Below are positions 1 to 10,921 of a DNA stretch of 64,000 nucleotides, one piece after another; position 1 is the stretch's first letter; the number at the start of each line of letters is the position of its first letter. The notes below the pieces were generated by a model, which did no database searches, was not told where the DNA came from, and saw nothing but the letters and a program-made list of their open reading frames with translations. The DNA is from an uncultured bacterium (GTDB lineage: Bacteria; Patescibacteriota; Minisyncoccia; Phycocordibacterales; UBA11359): assembly GCA_903831815.1 (NCBI GenBank), contig CAIKZC010000005.1:69-64068 (forward strand), given 5' to 3'. The translations under genes were made by a program, and so were the position numbers.

Positions 1-658
<658 letters not shown>

Positions 659-1876
659 CAATCTGGTCCCCTCTGGCGGTGACGCTAGAGAGTAAATTTG
701 GCTATATGCTGGAATATCTGAGTATTGAGCATTACTTTTTCTTTATATATAATTATATATAATTATAGAGAGAAAGTGAAAATATGTCTCATGCAGACAA
801 TCAGCAGGGAAGACTTATTAGTGTATTGAATAATGGATAAAGAGATTGTTCGTTGGATTCTAGAGTCTAGCGAACTATGCTGATTTGAAGAAATAGAAAG
901 TATGCGCGGGTCGCCCAGCTTTCTGACTTCAGCAAAGAAGTCTCTCTTTTCATTCCGGATGGTAGCAGACCACTGTCCATCCGGTCCATTATTCAATACA
1001 CTAATAAGAACCCTCAGAGACTATACGCCAAATATCTTACTATGAATAAAGCTACGGCAACTCTTATTGGAATTCTATTTACTGACGGCTGTCTTTCACC
1101 GAAAGGTAAAAACAGCTGGCGGTTTTACTTCAGCAATAAATCGGAAAAATTAATCTCTGTATTTCGAGATTGTATGATGCAAGTTTTTGCATTACCAACT
1201 ACTCGTATTCGTCTGGGTTTTACCCAAGATGGATTATACAGAGCAATTGTTGATTCTAAATCAGCGGGTGAATTATTTACCCAAAGATTTGGGACATTCC
1301 GAACATTGAAATATCACACAGGTGAGCTTACAAAAGCACATCTGCCGGTCAAAGAACTTCTTCAGCACAATGTTGCTGATGATTTTCTACGAGCGGCGTT
1401 TAGTTGTGACGGTGGAGTAAATTTGTATGCGGCTAGGCGTAGAAAAGGAAAACGCGAAACACTATGGTTGATTCGCGGAGTGTACCTTGCTTGTGCCCAT
1501 CCAATACTTCGAAATGAGTATTCTAATCTTCTGAAAGCACTAGGCGTTAATTCGCGTAATGTTGAGGGAGATGGAAAAATAAAAATAGAAACCAAGAAAG
1601 ATATACAAGTTTTCTATCAGAAAGTAGGATTTATTGAAGGTGTGCAAATAACACATACTTCTAAATTCTGGCCAAAGATAGAAAAGCAAAAATTACTTGA
1701 GAAAGTTATAAATTCTTATAACGATCCCAAGAGTGTGTATTTGTTGCCGCAATTTATTAAGTAAGATAATGATATAGTCCGGCCTCTATGGCGACATAGA
1801 GAGTTAAAGTAATTATTGGGTACTTTGACATTCTTCATTTCAATTTGATTAAGGAAATTTAGAATTAACATGTATG
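659..1876 (+). mobile_element. Group I intron in 16S rRNA (about S788) carrying a LAGLIDADG homing endonuclease
   Basis: Removing it restores GGGAT|TAGATACCCCAGTAGTCC. P1: exon GGGAU(654-658) pairs with GUCCC(666-670) with the U.G wobble at the splice site. P10: AUCUG(661-665) pairs with 3' exon UAGAU. Core P (TATGCTGG ~705), Q (AATCAGCAGG ~799), R (TCAGAGACTATACGCC ~1015), S (GATATAGTCC 1771). Terminal omega-G at 1876. Confidence 0.96.
1042..1764 (+). CDS. Intron-encoded double-motif LAGLIDADG homing endonuclease (in the P8 loop)
   Basis: Two LAGLIDADG-type motifs, LIGILFTDG and FLRAAFSCDG; lies between the R and S core elements. Confidence 0.9.
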   Translation: MNKATATLIGILFTDGCLSPKGKNSWRFYFSNKSEKLISVFRDCMMQVFALPTTRIRLGFTQDGLYRAIVDSKSAGELFTQRFGTFRTLKYHTGELTKAHLPVKELLQHNVADDFLRAAFSCDGGVNLYAARRRKGKRETLWLIRGVYLACAHPILRNEYSNLLKALGVNSRNVEGDGKIKIETKKDIQVFYQKVGFIEGVQITHTSKFWPKIEKQKLLEKVINSYNDPKSVYLLPQFIK

Positions 1877-2641
<765 letters not shown>

Positions 2642-2794
2642 GAAACAACGGTATTGTCACTTCGGTGGCACATACCTTATCGAGTCGATATTGTGGGTCT
2701 CGATCGAGTCCATAATGGATTTAGTAGCATCCTAAAAGCTACTGGACGATCAGGAAAGACTGGTAGAACGGAACAAAACAAAGAGTGGTATACA

Positions 2795-2835
2795 ACAAAA
2801 AACTTCGCCTTTAAACGGGCGAAGTTTTTTGTTTT
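2795..2835 (+). terminator. Intrinsic terminator ending the 16S transcript
   Basis: ACAAAAAACTTCGCC-TTTAAACG-GGCGAAGTTTTTTGT followed by a T-rich tail. Confidence 0.8.
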
Positions 2836-2927
2836 CTCAAAATTTTAAAAAAATATTAAATAAAAAAACACCACCGCGCCGATGAGGGCAAGGTGATGCT
2901 ACTTGTTGGTGTATCTTCGGGTATTGA

Positions 2928-3635
2928 TTATTGTGTTGGGGCTTCCTTCGGCAGATAAGCCTCATAACCACCATCGCGTAAGAAACCCAATGGTCTGAAC
3001 GGTTCGAGAACATTGAGTGCCGTGATTAGTTCTGGAATGAGGTATTTACGATCCATCTGTCCATATTCAATCATGACCGGATCTGCTACTTCTGGTTCGC
3101 TCTTTTGGCGTAAGAGCTGACTGTTTCCTTCCATGGCCAGCTGAACCAGATGGTCGTTTATGTGTCCACGCAGGTCTTCTGGGTCTGCACAAAGAACATA
3201 GTCGTCCGAACATCTGACACCTGCGCCACATACCTTGTAGTGCACATATTGGTAGGCTTTGCCAAGTTTCTCCACTTCTTCGTTTGGAGTGATTTTGTAG
3301 AGAAAACAGCAAAAGGCTCCAATAACGGAGAAGAACAGAAGTTGTGATGAAATCAGGATCAGTGCCAGCGATGGGTCTTTTCCGGTCCAAGTCTGGCTGA
3401 AGCCCAGACTCCACTCGAGATAGATAGTTGCTGACAGAAGGAGACATAAAATCAGGCAAATGAAACCGTAGCGGTGAATCCGGCGATTTCGATTGTAAGC
3501 ATTCATTGTGTCTCTGGTAGGATTGACACCCTTCGTACGCTCTTGCCACTCCACGCACAGTTCTTCGTTCACCAAGCCTTCCTGAATCAGTTCACGGAAG
3601 GTAAGCTCGCGACTCTTTCGTTCATGAACTTTCAT
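2928..3635 (-). CDS. Orphan membrane protein (2 predicted TM helices)
   Basis: 235-aa ORF with AGGAGG SD, TTGCAA-17-TATGGT promoter and own terminator (~2862-2900). Confidence 0.75.
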   Translation of the reverse strand: MKVHERKSRELTFRELIQEGLVNEELCVEWQERTKGVNPTRDTMNAYNRNRRIHRYGFICLILCLLLSATIYLEWSLGFSQTWTGKDPSLALILISSQLLFFSVIGAFCCFLYKITPNEEVEKLGKAYQYVHYKVCGAGVRCSDDYVLCADPEDLRGHINDHLVQLAMEGNSQLLRQKSEPEVADPVMIEYGQMDRKYLIPELITALNVLEPFRPLGFLRDGGYEAYLPKEAPTQ

Positions 3636-3842
3636 AGAACCTCCTGTAAAAGGACGTCTTCAACCCATAACTCTGGTCAGACCATACAATATTTATTGAA
3701 ATATTGCAATAGTTTAGTTTTTTAAAAAATTGACATTTGTATATACTCTGATATAATTTTGTTAGAAATGTTTGAAAAGAGGATAGACTGCGATTTTCGC
3801 AGCCACTCCGATTAAAACATCGTTCTCTGCTAGGAGAATACC

Positions 3843-4514
3843 ATGACCATGTCAATGGGCATGACCCAGAGTCTGAAGCCGGAAATGTCGCTTCGGCAGA
3901 CTCTGAAAGCCGAACAGCGACAGGAGATGGTGGCGTCCATGACTTTGAGCATTCGGCTCGAGTTGGTCGCAGCCCTGCACAACGGACCTAACGGCACCAC
4001 AACCATCAGACCGATGGCGAGTTGTGTCCATTGCGGTCGCAATCTCACACCGCTCGAGATCATTAAGGGATTCAACAACGACCCGAATGATTTCTCGACG
4101 GCATGCACTGGATGTAAGCGGCGTTTCGATCCGACGCTAGTCTGGCATGATAACGTTGGCTCCATCGAATTGCCGTTCTACTGCAATATGCAGACTCAGT
4201 CGCGACTCGCTGGTCTAGAGACTTTGAGTCCTGTGGATTTCAAGGCGAAGGAACCGGCCCTCTACCACAGTGCGATTGTGCATAACGGCACGCTCAAGGC
4301 AGCTTTCCAACGGCTTAACATCGAATACTCGTTTGTGGAGATCACTGATCCAGCTATCAAGGTGAAACAGTTCCTTGGTAGGTTGCCAGACACGATCATC
4401 GCAGAAGTGTCTGGTCTCAAGCTTGCTGTCGTTCGGCGTCTGCGCAAAAAGTATCGCATCAAAGCATGTACTCAACGTGTGATGCTGGAGCAAGCCCAGG
4501 AATCTGTGGCGTAG
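3843..4514 (+). CDS. Hypothetical protein with Zn ribbon (CxxC...CxxC) and C-terminal HTH-like segment
   Basis: CVHC/CTGC pairs; PDTIIAEVSGLKLAVVRRLRKKY is HTH-like; TTGACA(3730)/TATAAT(3752) promoter, TAGGAGA SD, terminator 4536-4575. Confidence 0.8.
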   Translation: MTMSMGMTQSLKPEMSLRQTLKAEQRQEMVASMTLSIRLELVAALHNGPNGTTTIRPMASCVHCGRNLTPLEIIKGFNNDPNDFSTACTGCKRRFDPTLVWHDNVGSIELPFYCNMQTQSRLAGLETLSPVDFKAKEPALYHSAIVHNGTLKAAFQRLNIEYSFVEITDPAIKVKQFLGRLPDTIIAEVSGLKLAVVRRLRKKYRIKACTQRVMLEQAQESVA

Positions 4515-4663
4515 TTGCGTATCACTACCAACAATACCCACTCAAAGTCAAAGGACTGCGAGTGGGTTCTTTTTTACTCCTCTTTCATTACGCAGTTTCA
4601 TGTTTCTTCAAGATACGGATTAAACTTGCTTGGTTTGGCAAAGCATGATAAAGTACTAAAACC

Positions 4664-4909
4664 ATGAAAAAAGATATCCATCCAACATACCAGGACGCCA
4701 AAGTGATCTGCGCTTGCGGTGCGACTTTTACTGTTGGTTCAACCAAAAAAGACATCAATATTGAAATCTGCAGTACTTGCCATCCATTCTATTCTGGCAC
4801 AGAGAAGTCCCTAGACGCTGCTGGTCGCGTTGAGAAATTTAAAGCTCGAGCTGCAAAAACCGTTGTCAAAACTCCAAAAGCCAAAAAGGCAGCTCCAAAA
4901 GCTGAATAG
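4664..4909 (+). CDS. rpmE: 50S ribosomal protein L31
   Basis: [21 protein letters not shown] signature. Confidence 0.98.
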   Translation: MKKDIHPTYQDAKVICACGATFTVGSTKKDINIEICSTCHPFYSGTEKSLDAAGRVEKFKARAAKTVVKTPKAKKAAPKAE

Positions 4910-5902
4910 ATGTTGGATTTAACGAAATACAAACAGAATAAAAAGACAAGCTATCTTGCCGATAGTTTTGAGGATTTGGAGCGACGTGAAGCCGAACTGG
5001 TGTCTCTTTCTGCCAGCGATCCGTCCATGAAAGAATTAGCCGAAAGTGATTTGGCTGATTTTGCTGTGCAGAAAAAAGAACTTCTCGCTCAAATGGATTC
5101 AATTTTGAAAGCGGACGAAGAGGAAGAGGAGTTTCCCAATGAAATCGTCATGGAAATCCGAGCCGGAGCCGGAGGTGATGAAGCGGCGCTCTTTGCACGC
5201 AAGTTGGCTGACATGTACCAAGCTTTTGCGGTGCTTCAAGGGTGGGGAACTCGTATTTTGGATGAGTCAAAAACCGCTATTGATGGTTACAAGTTGGTCT
5301 CTATAGAAATTCGCGGCAAGGATGTCTACAAAAAGATGCGATACGAAACTGGCGTGCATCGTATTCAACGTGTGCCAGAAACGGAAAAGATGGGTCGCGT
5401 TCATACTTCGACGGCATCGGTCGCTGTGCTTCCAATGCGTAAAAAAATAAAGTATGAAATAAATCCTGCCGATATAGATATCGAATTTTCTCGAGCCGGA
5501 GGCAAAGGTGGGCAGAACGTCAACAAGGTTGAGTCGGCTGTGCGTATTGTGCATAAACCAACTGGTCTTGAGGTGCGCGCTACTACCGAACGTAGTCAGG
5601 GTGCCAACAAAGAGGCGGCTATGAACTTGCTCGGTGCCAAACTTCAAGCTCTTAAAGAAGAGGAAGATGCTAAGAAATATTCTAAGGAGCGTAAGGATCA
5701 AATTGGTACAGGTGACCGTTCGGAAAAAATCCGCACATACAACATTTTACAGGACCGTATCACTGACCATCGGCTCAAAAAATCATGGCACAATATTAGT
5801 GTAATTTTTGAAGGTCAATTAGGTGACATTATCGATTCTCTTGCCTCAGGCAAGCCTGCTGAAGGGTCCTCTGATGAAGATGTTTCTGAAAGCGAAGAAT
5901 AA
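4910..5902 (+). CDS. prfA: Peptide chain release factor 1 (short N-terminus)
   Basis: GGQ motif, RF1-type PxT (RVPETE), EIRAGAGGDEA, RSEKIRTYN. Confidence 0.96.
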   Translation: MLDLTKYKQNKKTSYLADSFEDLERREAELVSLSASDPSMKELAESDLADFAVQKKELLAQMDSILKADEEEEEFPNEIVMEIRAGAGGDEAALFARKLADMYQAFAVLQGWGTRILDESKTAIDGYKLVSIEIRGKDVYKKMRYETGVHRIQRVPETEKMGRVHTSTASVAVLPMRKKIKYEINPADIDIEFSRAGGKGGQNVNKVESAVRIVHKPTGLEVRATTERSQGANKEAAMNLLGAKLQALKEEEDAKKYSKERKDQIGTGDRSEKIRTYNILQDRITDHRLKKSWHNISVIFEGQLGDIIDSLASGKPAEGSSDEDVSESEE

Positions 5903-5993
5903 GCCCTTTTGAGGGACTCACGGAAGGCGACGGCCTGAGTGTGAAGGAAATTTCCAGCAGGAAATTTACCTGTGCCCTCAAAAGGGCTTATTC
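5897..5993 (+). repeat. Dispersed structured repeat, copy A
   Basis: 19-bp perfect outer IR (includes the prfA TAA); core AGGC-GACG-GCCT and AAATTTCC-AGCA-GGAAATTT hairpins. Confidence 0.85.
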
Positions 5994-6004
5994 GTAGCTT
6001 TCTG

Positions 6005-6033
6005 TTGCATTCCTAGGCATTATCTGCTAAAAT
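6005..6033 (+). promoter_or_regulatory. Sigma70 promoter of rpsB-tsf (near-leaderless)
   Basis: TTGCAT-17-TAAAAT with TG extension, 8 nt before the ATG. Confidence 0.7.
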
Positions 6034-6041
6034 CGTCGGAT

Positions 6042-6797
6042 ATGTCAGAAATTCAAAACAAAAACGCAACACTAGTGGAATCGATGTTTAAAGCTGGAAG
6101 TCATTTTGCTTACACCCGCGCACGACGCCACCCCACAGCAGCACCCTTCATTTTTGGCCTCAAAAACCGTGTCGAGATTTTCGATTTGGAGAAAACCAGT
6201 GAAAAGTTAGTTGAAGCCAAAGGATTCATCGCTTCTTGCGCACGAACAGGTAAAAAAGTCTTGTTTGTCGGTACCAAGAACGAAGCCCGAGACGCAGTTC
6301 TACGAATCGCTTCAGCTTTGGAAATGCCTTATGTTAACCTCCGATGGATCGGTGGCACTCTCACAAACTTCCCACAAATTCGAAAGAGAATTGATAAATA
6401 TGAGGATCTGATGGCAAAGCGTGAAAAAGGCGAGTTGGTAAAATACACGAAGAAAGAGCGCTTGCTTATCGATCGTGAAATCGCCAAACTTGAAAACTCT
6501 TTTTTAGGAATTGTGTCCATGAAAGAAATGCCGGCTGCCGTAGTGATTGTTGATTCAGAAAAAGAGCACATTGCTTTGGCTGAAATTAAAAAACAAGGTA
6601 TTCCGGTCATCGCTATTTGCGGTTCTGATTGCAATCTAAAAAAAGTTACATATCCTATCCCAGCTAACGACAGCGCAAAGGCTAGCGTTGAATTTCTCCT
6701 AAAAGAGCTGTCAGCTGCGTATACAGAAGGAACGAAAGAAGCGGCAAAAGCAAGAATAACAGAAGTAAAAGTTGCAACAGTCGAAGTTAAAAAGTAA
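6042..6797 (+). CDS. rpsB: 30S ribosomal protein S2
   Basis: AGSHF, LFVGTK, RWIGGTLTNF, PIPANDS motifs. Confidence 0.98.
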   Translation: MSEIQNKNATLVESMFKAGSHFAYTRARRHPTAAPFIFGLKNRVEIFDLEKTSEKLVEAKGFIASCARTGKKVLFVGTKNEARDAVLRIASALEMPYVNLRWIGGTLTNFPQIRKRIDKYEDLMAKREKGELVKYTKKERLLIDREIAKLENSFLGIVSMKEMPAAVVIVDSEKEHIALAEIKKQGIPVIAICGSDCNLKKVTYPIPANDSAKASVEFLLKELSAAYTEGTKEAAKARITEVKVATVEVKK

Positions 6798-6812
6798 TTT
6801 TAAAAAAACTCC

Positions 6813-7394
6813 ATGGTTACACTTGATCAAATCAAGTCACTTAGAGAGGCCACTGGTCTTTCGGTGATGCAAGTTAAAAAAGCACTTGAGGAAGCTGACG
6901 GTGATCCGGCTAAGGCCCTCGCTCTTCTTAAGAAAAAGAGTAAAGATGTTGCCGCTAAAAAAGCCGACCGTAAATTTAATGCCGGCGCTATGGCTGCGTA
7001 TATCCACAACAAAGGTGCCGTTGGTGCCATGGTTGAGCTTTTGTGCGAGACTGATTTCGTTTCAGGTAACGAGGGTTTTCAGAAGCTGGTATATGACATT
7101 GCTTTGCATGTCGCTGCGGCCAATCCGGAGTTCAACACTTTGGCTGATATTACTGATGCAGTCAAAGAATCCACTCGAGAATTGTTCATCAAAGAAGTTG
7201 AAGGAAAACCAAAAGATCTGCAAGAAAAAATCTTGCAAGGCAAACTCGATGCATATTTCAAAGAACGCGTTTTGGCTGAACAAATGTTCGTAAAAAATCC
7301 GGATATCACTATTACAGATTTGATCAATGAATCGATCCACAAGTTCGGCGAGAAGATCGCTGTCGGGCGATTTGTTCGTTTTTCAATAAAATAG
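6813..7394 (+). CDS. tsf: Elongation factor Ts (short form)
   Basis: IKSLREATG, ELLCETDFVS; follows rpsB. Confidence 0.97.
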   Translation: MVTLDQIKSLREATGLSVMQVKKALEEADGDPAKALALLKKKSKDVAAKKADRKFNAGAMAAYIHNKGAVGAMVELLCETDFVSGNEGFQKLVYDIALHVAAANPEFNTLADITDAVKESTRELFIKEVEGKPKDLQEKILQGKLDAYFKERVLAEQMFVKNPDITITDLINESIHKFGEKIAVGRFVRFSIK

Positions 7395-7395
7395 T

Positions 7396-7776
7396 ATGAT
7401 AATCGCACTCGTCATATTGATACTTTCATTTTTGGCGATGACAGCAATGATTATAGCCAAGAATTATGAGTCCAAAGCCGGTCGGCAGGTCTTGGCAGTC
7501 AAAGCTCGTGATTGGACGGAGAAACAGGTACGCCAAAGTGCACATGTTGCGCGGGGCGTAGTGCAAGTGGCGGTCACCAAACATTTTTGGACCGGTTTAT
7601 CGTCATTTTTTTGGCAATCGTTTGTCGAAAAAGTTTGGCGACACCCACGAGTTCAAAATGTAGCCAAAAAAGCCAATGATGTGGTAAGAGGCAAGAAAGA
7701 GATAAAATCCACCGGTCCGGTTTCGTTTTATCTCAAAGATGTAAGCGATTACAAGGAACAAGTGAAGTCGAAGTAG
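7396..7776 (+). CDS. Hypothetical membrane-anchored protein
   Basis: N-terminal hydrophobic helix; starts 1 nt after the tsf stop. Confidence 0.7.
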   Translation: MIIALVILILSFLAMTAMIIAKNYESKAGRQVLAVKARDWTEKQVRQSAHVARGVVQVAVTKHFWTGLSSFFWQSFVEKVWRHPRVQNVAKKANDVVRGKKEIKSTGPVSFYLKDVSDYKEQVKSK

Positions 7777-7834
7777 AAATAGGTTGTTGGTCGGTCAAAA
7801 TTGTGTTATCTTGTTGAAGTTGAAAATAGATATT

Positions 7835-7907
7835 GCCACCTTAGCTCATTCGGTAGAGCGCCACTTTTGTAAAGTGGATGCGCCCAGTTCGAATCTGGGA
7901 GGTGGCT
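7835..7907 (+). tRNA. tRNA-Thr(TGT)
   Basis: GCCACCT/AGGTGGC acceptor stem, CCACT-TTTGTAA-AGTGG anticodon arm, GTTCGAATC T-loop; CCA not encoded. Confidence 0.96.
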
Positions 7908-7970
7908 CAGTAAAGTTCCTACTGTGTATAAAGTACATATCAATACAATCTTTTGGTGTATTTTATATAC

Positions 7971-8390
7971 ATGAAAAAAGAAAGATATTGTGTTGGTTGT
8001 AATAAATTATTGATTGAAAAATACAAAATAAAGTATTGTTCAAATCAATGTCAGATGTTTTATCAGCATAGAAAATGGATAAAATTATGGAAAGCTGGAT
8101 TACTGAAGGGTGATCGGGGAATAACAACAAAAAATATTTCCAAACATCTCCGAGGATATTTAATCGAAAAATTTAAAAATAAATGTTCCGAATGTGGTTG
8201 GGCTAAAAAGCATCCGATCACTGGAATTGTTCCATTGGATATCGAACATGTAGATGGAAATTCTGAAAATAATAATGAAGAAAATTTGAAATTGCTTTGT
8301 CCGAATTGTCATTCTTTAACACAGTTTTACAAAAATTTAAATAGGGGAAAGGGGAGAAAGTGGAGAATAAACAAGTATATCAAAAACTAA
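7971..8390 (+). CDS. HNH endonuclease with Zn-binding motifs
   Basis: CSECG...LDIEHVDGNSENNNEENLKLLCPNCH HNH signature; N-terminal CVGC and YCSNQC; very AT-rich. Confidence 0.88.
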   Translation: MKKERYCVGCNKLLIEKYKIKYCSNQCQMFYQHRKWIKLWKAGLLKGDRGITTKNISKHLRGYLIEKFKNKCSECGWAKKHPITGIVPLDIEHVDGNSENNNEENLKLLCPNCHSLTQFYKNLNRGKGRKWRINKYIKN

Positions 8391-8471
8391 AACGTTTTCT
8401 TTTCGTTGTGTTATAATTTCTGCAACAAACGGCTTTAAAAGAACGTGTATTACTAATTAATATTTAAAAAA

Positions 8472-8867
8472 ATGAGTTATCACACAAATATTATTAAGGA
8501 GACGGAGTCTAATAATAATTTCAGACGTGTATTATTTACCGGCCACAAAAGTCAGTTGGTTGTTATGAGTATTCCTACGGGTGGGGAAGTTGGAGAAGAG
8601 ATTCATAAATATACCGAGCAGATACTCTTCTTTCTCTCCGGCACAGGTACAGGGTCTCTTGATGATGAGAAATTTGCCATTGGTGCCGGTGATGTTGTGG
8701 TTGTGACGCCAGGCACGAAACATAATTTCGTGAACACCGGAATAGAAGATTTAAAAATTTATACCGTCTATGCTCCACCAAATCACATCGATGGACGTAT
8801 TCATGCCACCAAAGCTGATGCTGATGCAGATATGGAAGATGAAGCGATAGGAGAGAATGTGCAATAG
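8472..8867 (+). CDS. Cupin domain protein
   Basis: GEEIH...EQILFFLSG and GDVVVVTPGTKHNFVNTG cupin motifs. Confidence 0.9.
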   Translation: MSYHTNIIKETESNNNFRRVLFTGHKSQLVVMSIPTGGEVGEEIHKYTEQILFFLSGTGTGSLDDEKFAIGAGDVVVVTPGTKHNFVNTGIEDLKIYTVYAPPNHIDGRIHATKADADADMEDEAIGENVQ

Positions 8868-8884
8868 TGCTTCTCGAGTGTCTT

Positions 8885-9553
8885 TTACTTCTTAATACTT
8901 GTTGCACTTGTACTTGATGCGATAGGCAATAGTGGCTTAATTATTTTTTCTACCGCATCGCTCGACATAAAACCGTTATATGTTTTCCCATTTATAATAA
9001 GTGCGGGTAGTGTTGTCGGAATTTTATTGAGGCTGATTAATGTTTTTACGGCCGATAGATCGAGATTATAATCAAAAGTGTAAGTACGAAGACCTGGGTA
9101 TGTATCACGCAGGTATGTCAAAACATAGCCTTGTTTCTGACATTCTTGGCAATCGTTGGCGTAGAAGTAAACAATCGAAACCGGTTTTAGTTTGCATTCC
9201 TTGCCGTATGCGCTCATCAACAAATAATCCTTAATTTGCAAAATGGAGTAATATTTCTTGAGCTGGATCACTTCCGCATTGTCTGTTCCGATTTGAGTTT
9301 CCATTGAGCTTAATCTGCTGCCTAGAGTATCAAGTTCATCTGCCAAGATTGAATCATCCAGTTGGTTGCAGGAAGATTGTTTTAAAATATCGAATTGTGT
9401 TTCTGATGAAAGAAGGTCGATGGCGATCTGGTCTTCGGTGGCTTTGATGTCGGCCGTTTTCTTATTGGCAAAATAATTTGAAAGATAAAATGCGGTGACA
9501 AAAAGCAGAGAAGTAATGATAAAAGTGATTATGTATTTTGAAATATTTTTCAT
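8885..9553 (-). CDS. Membrane-anchored thioredoxin-fold protein
   Basis: N-terminal TM helix, YFYANDCQEC (CxxC), TLPALIING cis-Pro loop. Confidence 0.7.
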   Translation of the reverse strand: MKNISKYIITFIITSLLFVTAFYLSNYFANKKTADIKATEDQIAIDLLSSETQFDILKQSSCNQLDDSILADELDTLGSRLSSMETQIGTDNAEVIQLKKYYSILQIKDYLLMSAYGKECKLKPVSIVYFYANDCQECQKQGYVLTYLRDTYPGLRTYTFDYNLDLSAVKTLISLNKIPTTLPALIINGKTYNGFMSSDAVEKIIKPLLPIASSTSATSIKK

Positions 9554-9575
9554 TTTAATGAATTTATCAATTCTA

Positions 9576-10823
9576 TTATCGCCATTTGGTCTTTTTACCG
9601 AAAATCGTATTGTAAACTGATTTGCCGACCCATAAAGGAGCGATAAAAGGATAAATGATTATAAAGTAAATGATTTCTTTTGAAAATAGTTTTTCGTCCG
9701 AGATTTTTCGACCGATCACTAAGAGGGTTAACATTAAAGCTATTACCGTTAATCCGACGAATAGACTCGTTTTTGTGCTGAAATAAATAAAACTTGGATC
9801 AAAATGAAAATTGAAATGAAATCCAATAGTCATGATCCTTAGAATAAAATTGTAAATCCTTTCTACTACGTTCCAAACGGTCAAACATATCGTGCCTATC
9901 ACGGTCATAATCGATACGGCGGCAAAGGGAAGAGTAAAGAATGCGATGTTGCCATATTCCTTTTTGAAGAACAACGCTTTATAATCGATGGCATTTTCTA
10001 TGAAGCCGTGCGTCCATCTAACGCGTTGTTTGTAAAGTTTTTTAATTGTGTTTGGGCCGACCGTATAAATATAAGCTTTATGGCAATTCTCGATTTTCAA
10101 ATGATTTTTATGCATTCTGAGCGCTATCTCCATGTCTTCGGTATTGTGCGCATGCTTGAACATACCGATCTTTTGGAAAACTTCACGTCTAAAAATTGTA
10201 AAAGGTCCGGGAGTGACGTGGATTGCATTCAAATAGCAGAATATCTTTTTGATCATTATGCCTAATTGGTATTCGATATATTGGGCGCACTGAATAAAAC
10301 TTTTAGGTTTAAATATTTTAATGGCCGGAGTTACGGCCATGGTCTCTTTATTGTTGAAATATGGAACCATTCGTTTTAAAGCATTTTTATCAACAAACGA
10401 ATCCGCGTCTAAACAACCGATCAGGTCTGATGTGTTTCGTTCGATCCCGTAATTAAGGGCGGTGTACTTTCCGCCGTTTTCTTTTTTATAAATACTGATC
10501 TGCGGATTTTGAACAAACTTTTGAATATATTGCCAGGTGTTGTCAGTCGATCCGTCGTCCACGACGATAATGGAAAACTTGTCTTTTGGATAATCCATCG
10601 ATAAAAGCGAGTGGATGGTGCCTTCGACGGTTTTTTCTTCGTTAAAACAGGGGATAATGATGGTTGCACTGGGGAAATTAGTGACTTTGTCGTCCATAGT
10701 GGCGTTTTCTTGACGGAGTTTGTTTTTGTGTTCTAACAAAGTTACCATCAGAAAAACTTCAAAATATGTGGCAATGAACATACTGACATAGATGAAAATT
10801 GATTGAATGGAAGGGTATTCCAT
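9576..10823 (-). CDS. Processive GT2 glycosyltransferase (PgaC/IcaA/cellulose-synthase-like)
   Basis: VVDDGSTD, DAD, TED and QRVRW motifs with flanking TM helices; start placed at MEYP. Confidence 0.9.
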   Translation of the reverse strand: MEYPSIQSIFIYVSMFIATYFEVFLMVTLLEHKNKLRQENATMDDKVTNFPSATIIIPCFNEEKTVEGTIHSLLSMDYPKDKFSIIVVDDGSTDNTWQYIQKFVQNPQISIYKKENGGKYTALNYGIERNTSDLIGCLDADSFVDKNALKRMVPYFNNKETMAVTPAIKIFKPKSFIQCAQYIEYQLGIMIKKIFCYLNAIHVTPGPFTIFRREVFQKIGMFKHAHNTEDMEIALRMHKNHLKIENCHKAYIYTVGPNTIKKLYKQRVRWTHGFIENAIDYKALFFKKEYGNIAFFTLPFAAVSIMTVIGTICLTVWNVVERIYNFILRIMTIGFHFNFHFDPSFIYFSTKTSLFVGLTVIALMLTLLVIGRKISDEKLFSKEIIYFIIIYPFIAPLWVGKSVYNTIFGKKTKWR

Positions 10824-10921
10824 GAATGTGAATATACCCATATAGTATACATTTTTCGGCCCTTTTTTCAAACGAAGTTTGAAAAAAGGGCCTTTTGCGC
10901 TATACTTTCACCCATAATCAT

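Noticed and set aside
743-766. TTATATATAATTATATATAATTATA as a tandem repeat element
   Set aside because: AT-rich tip of the intron P5 hairpin; explained by the intron structure.
5897-5993. Hammerhead or other known small ribozyme identity for the dispersed repeat
   Set aside because: No CUGANGA/GAAA core on either strand; only a superficial GGCCGACGG resemblance to twister-sister in one copy. Not supportable without a covariance-model search.
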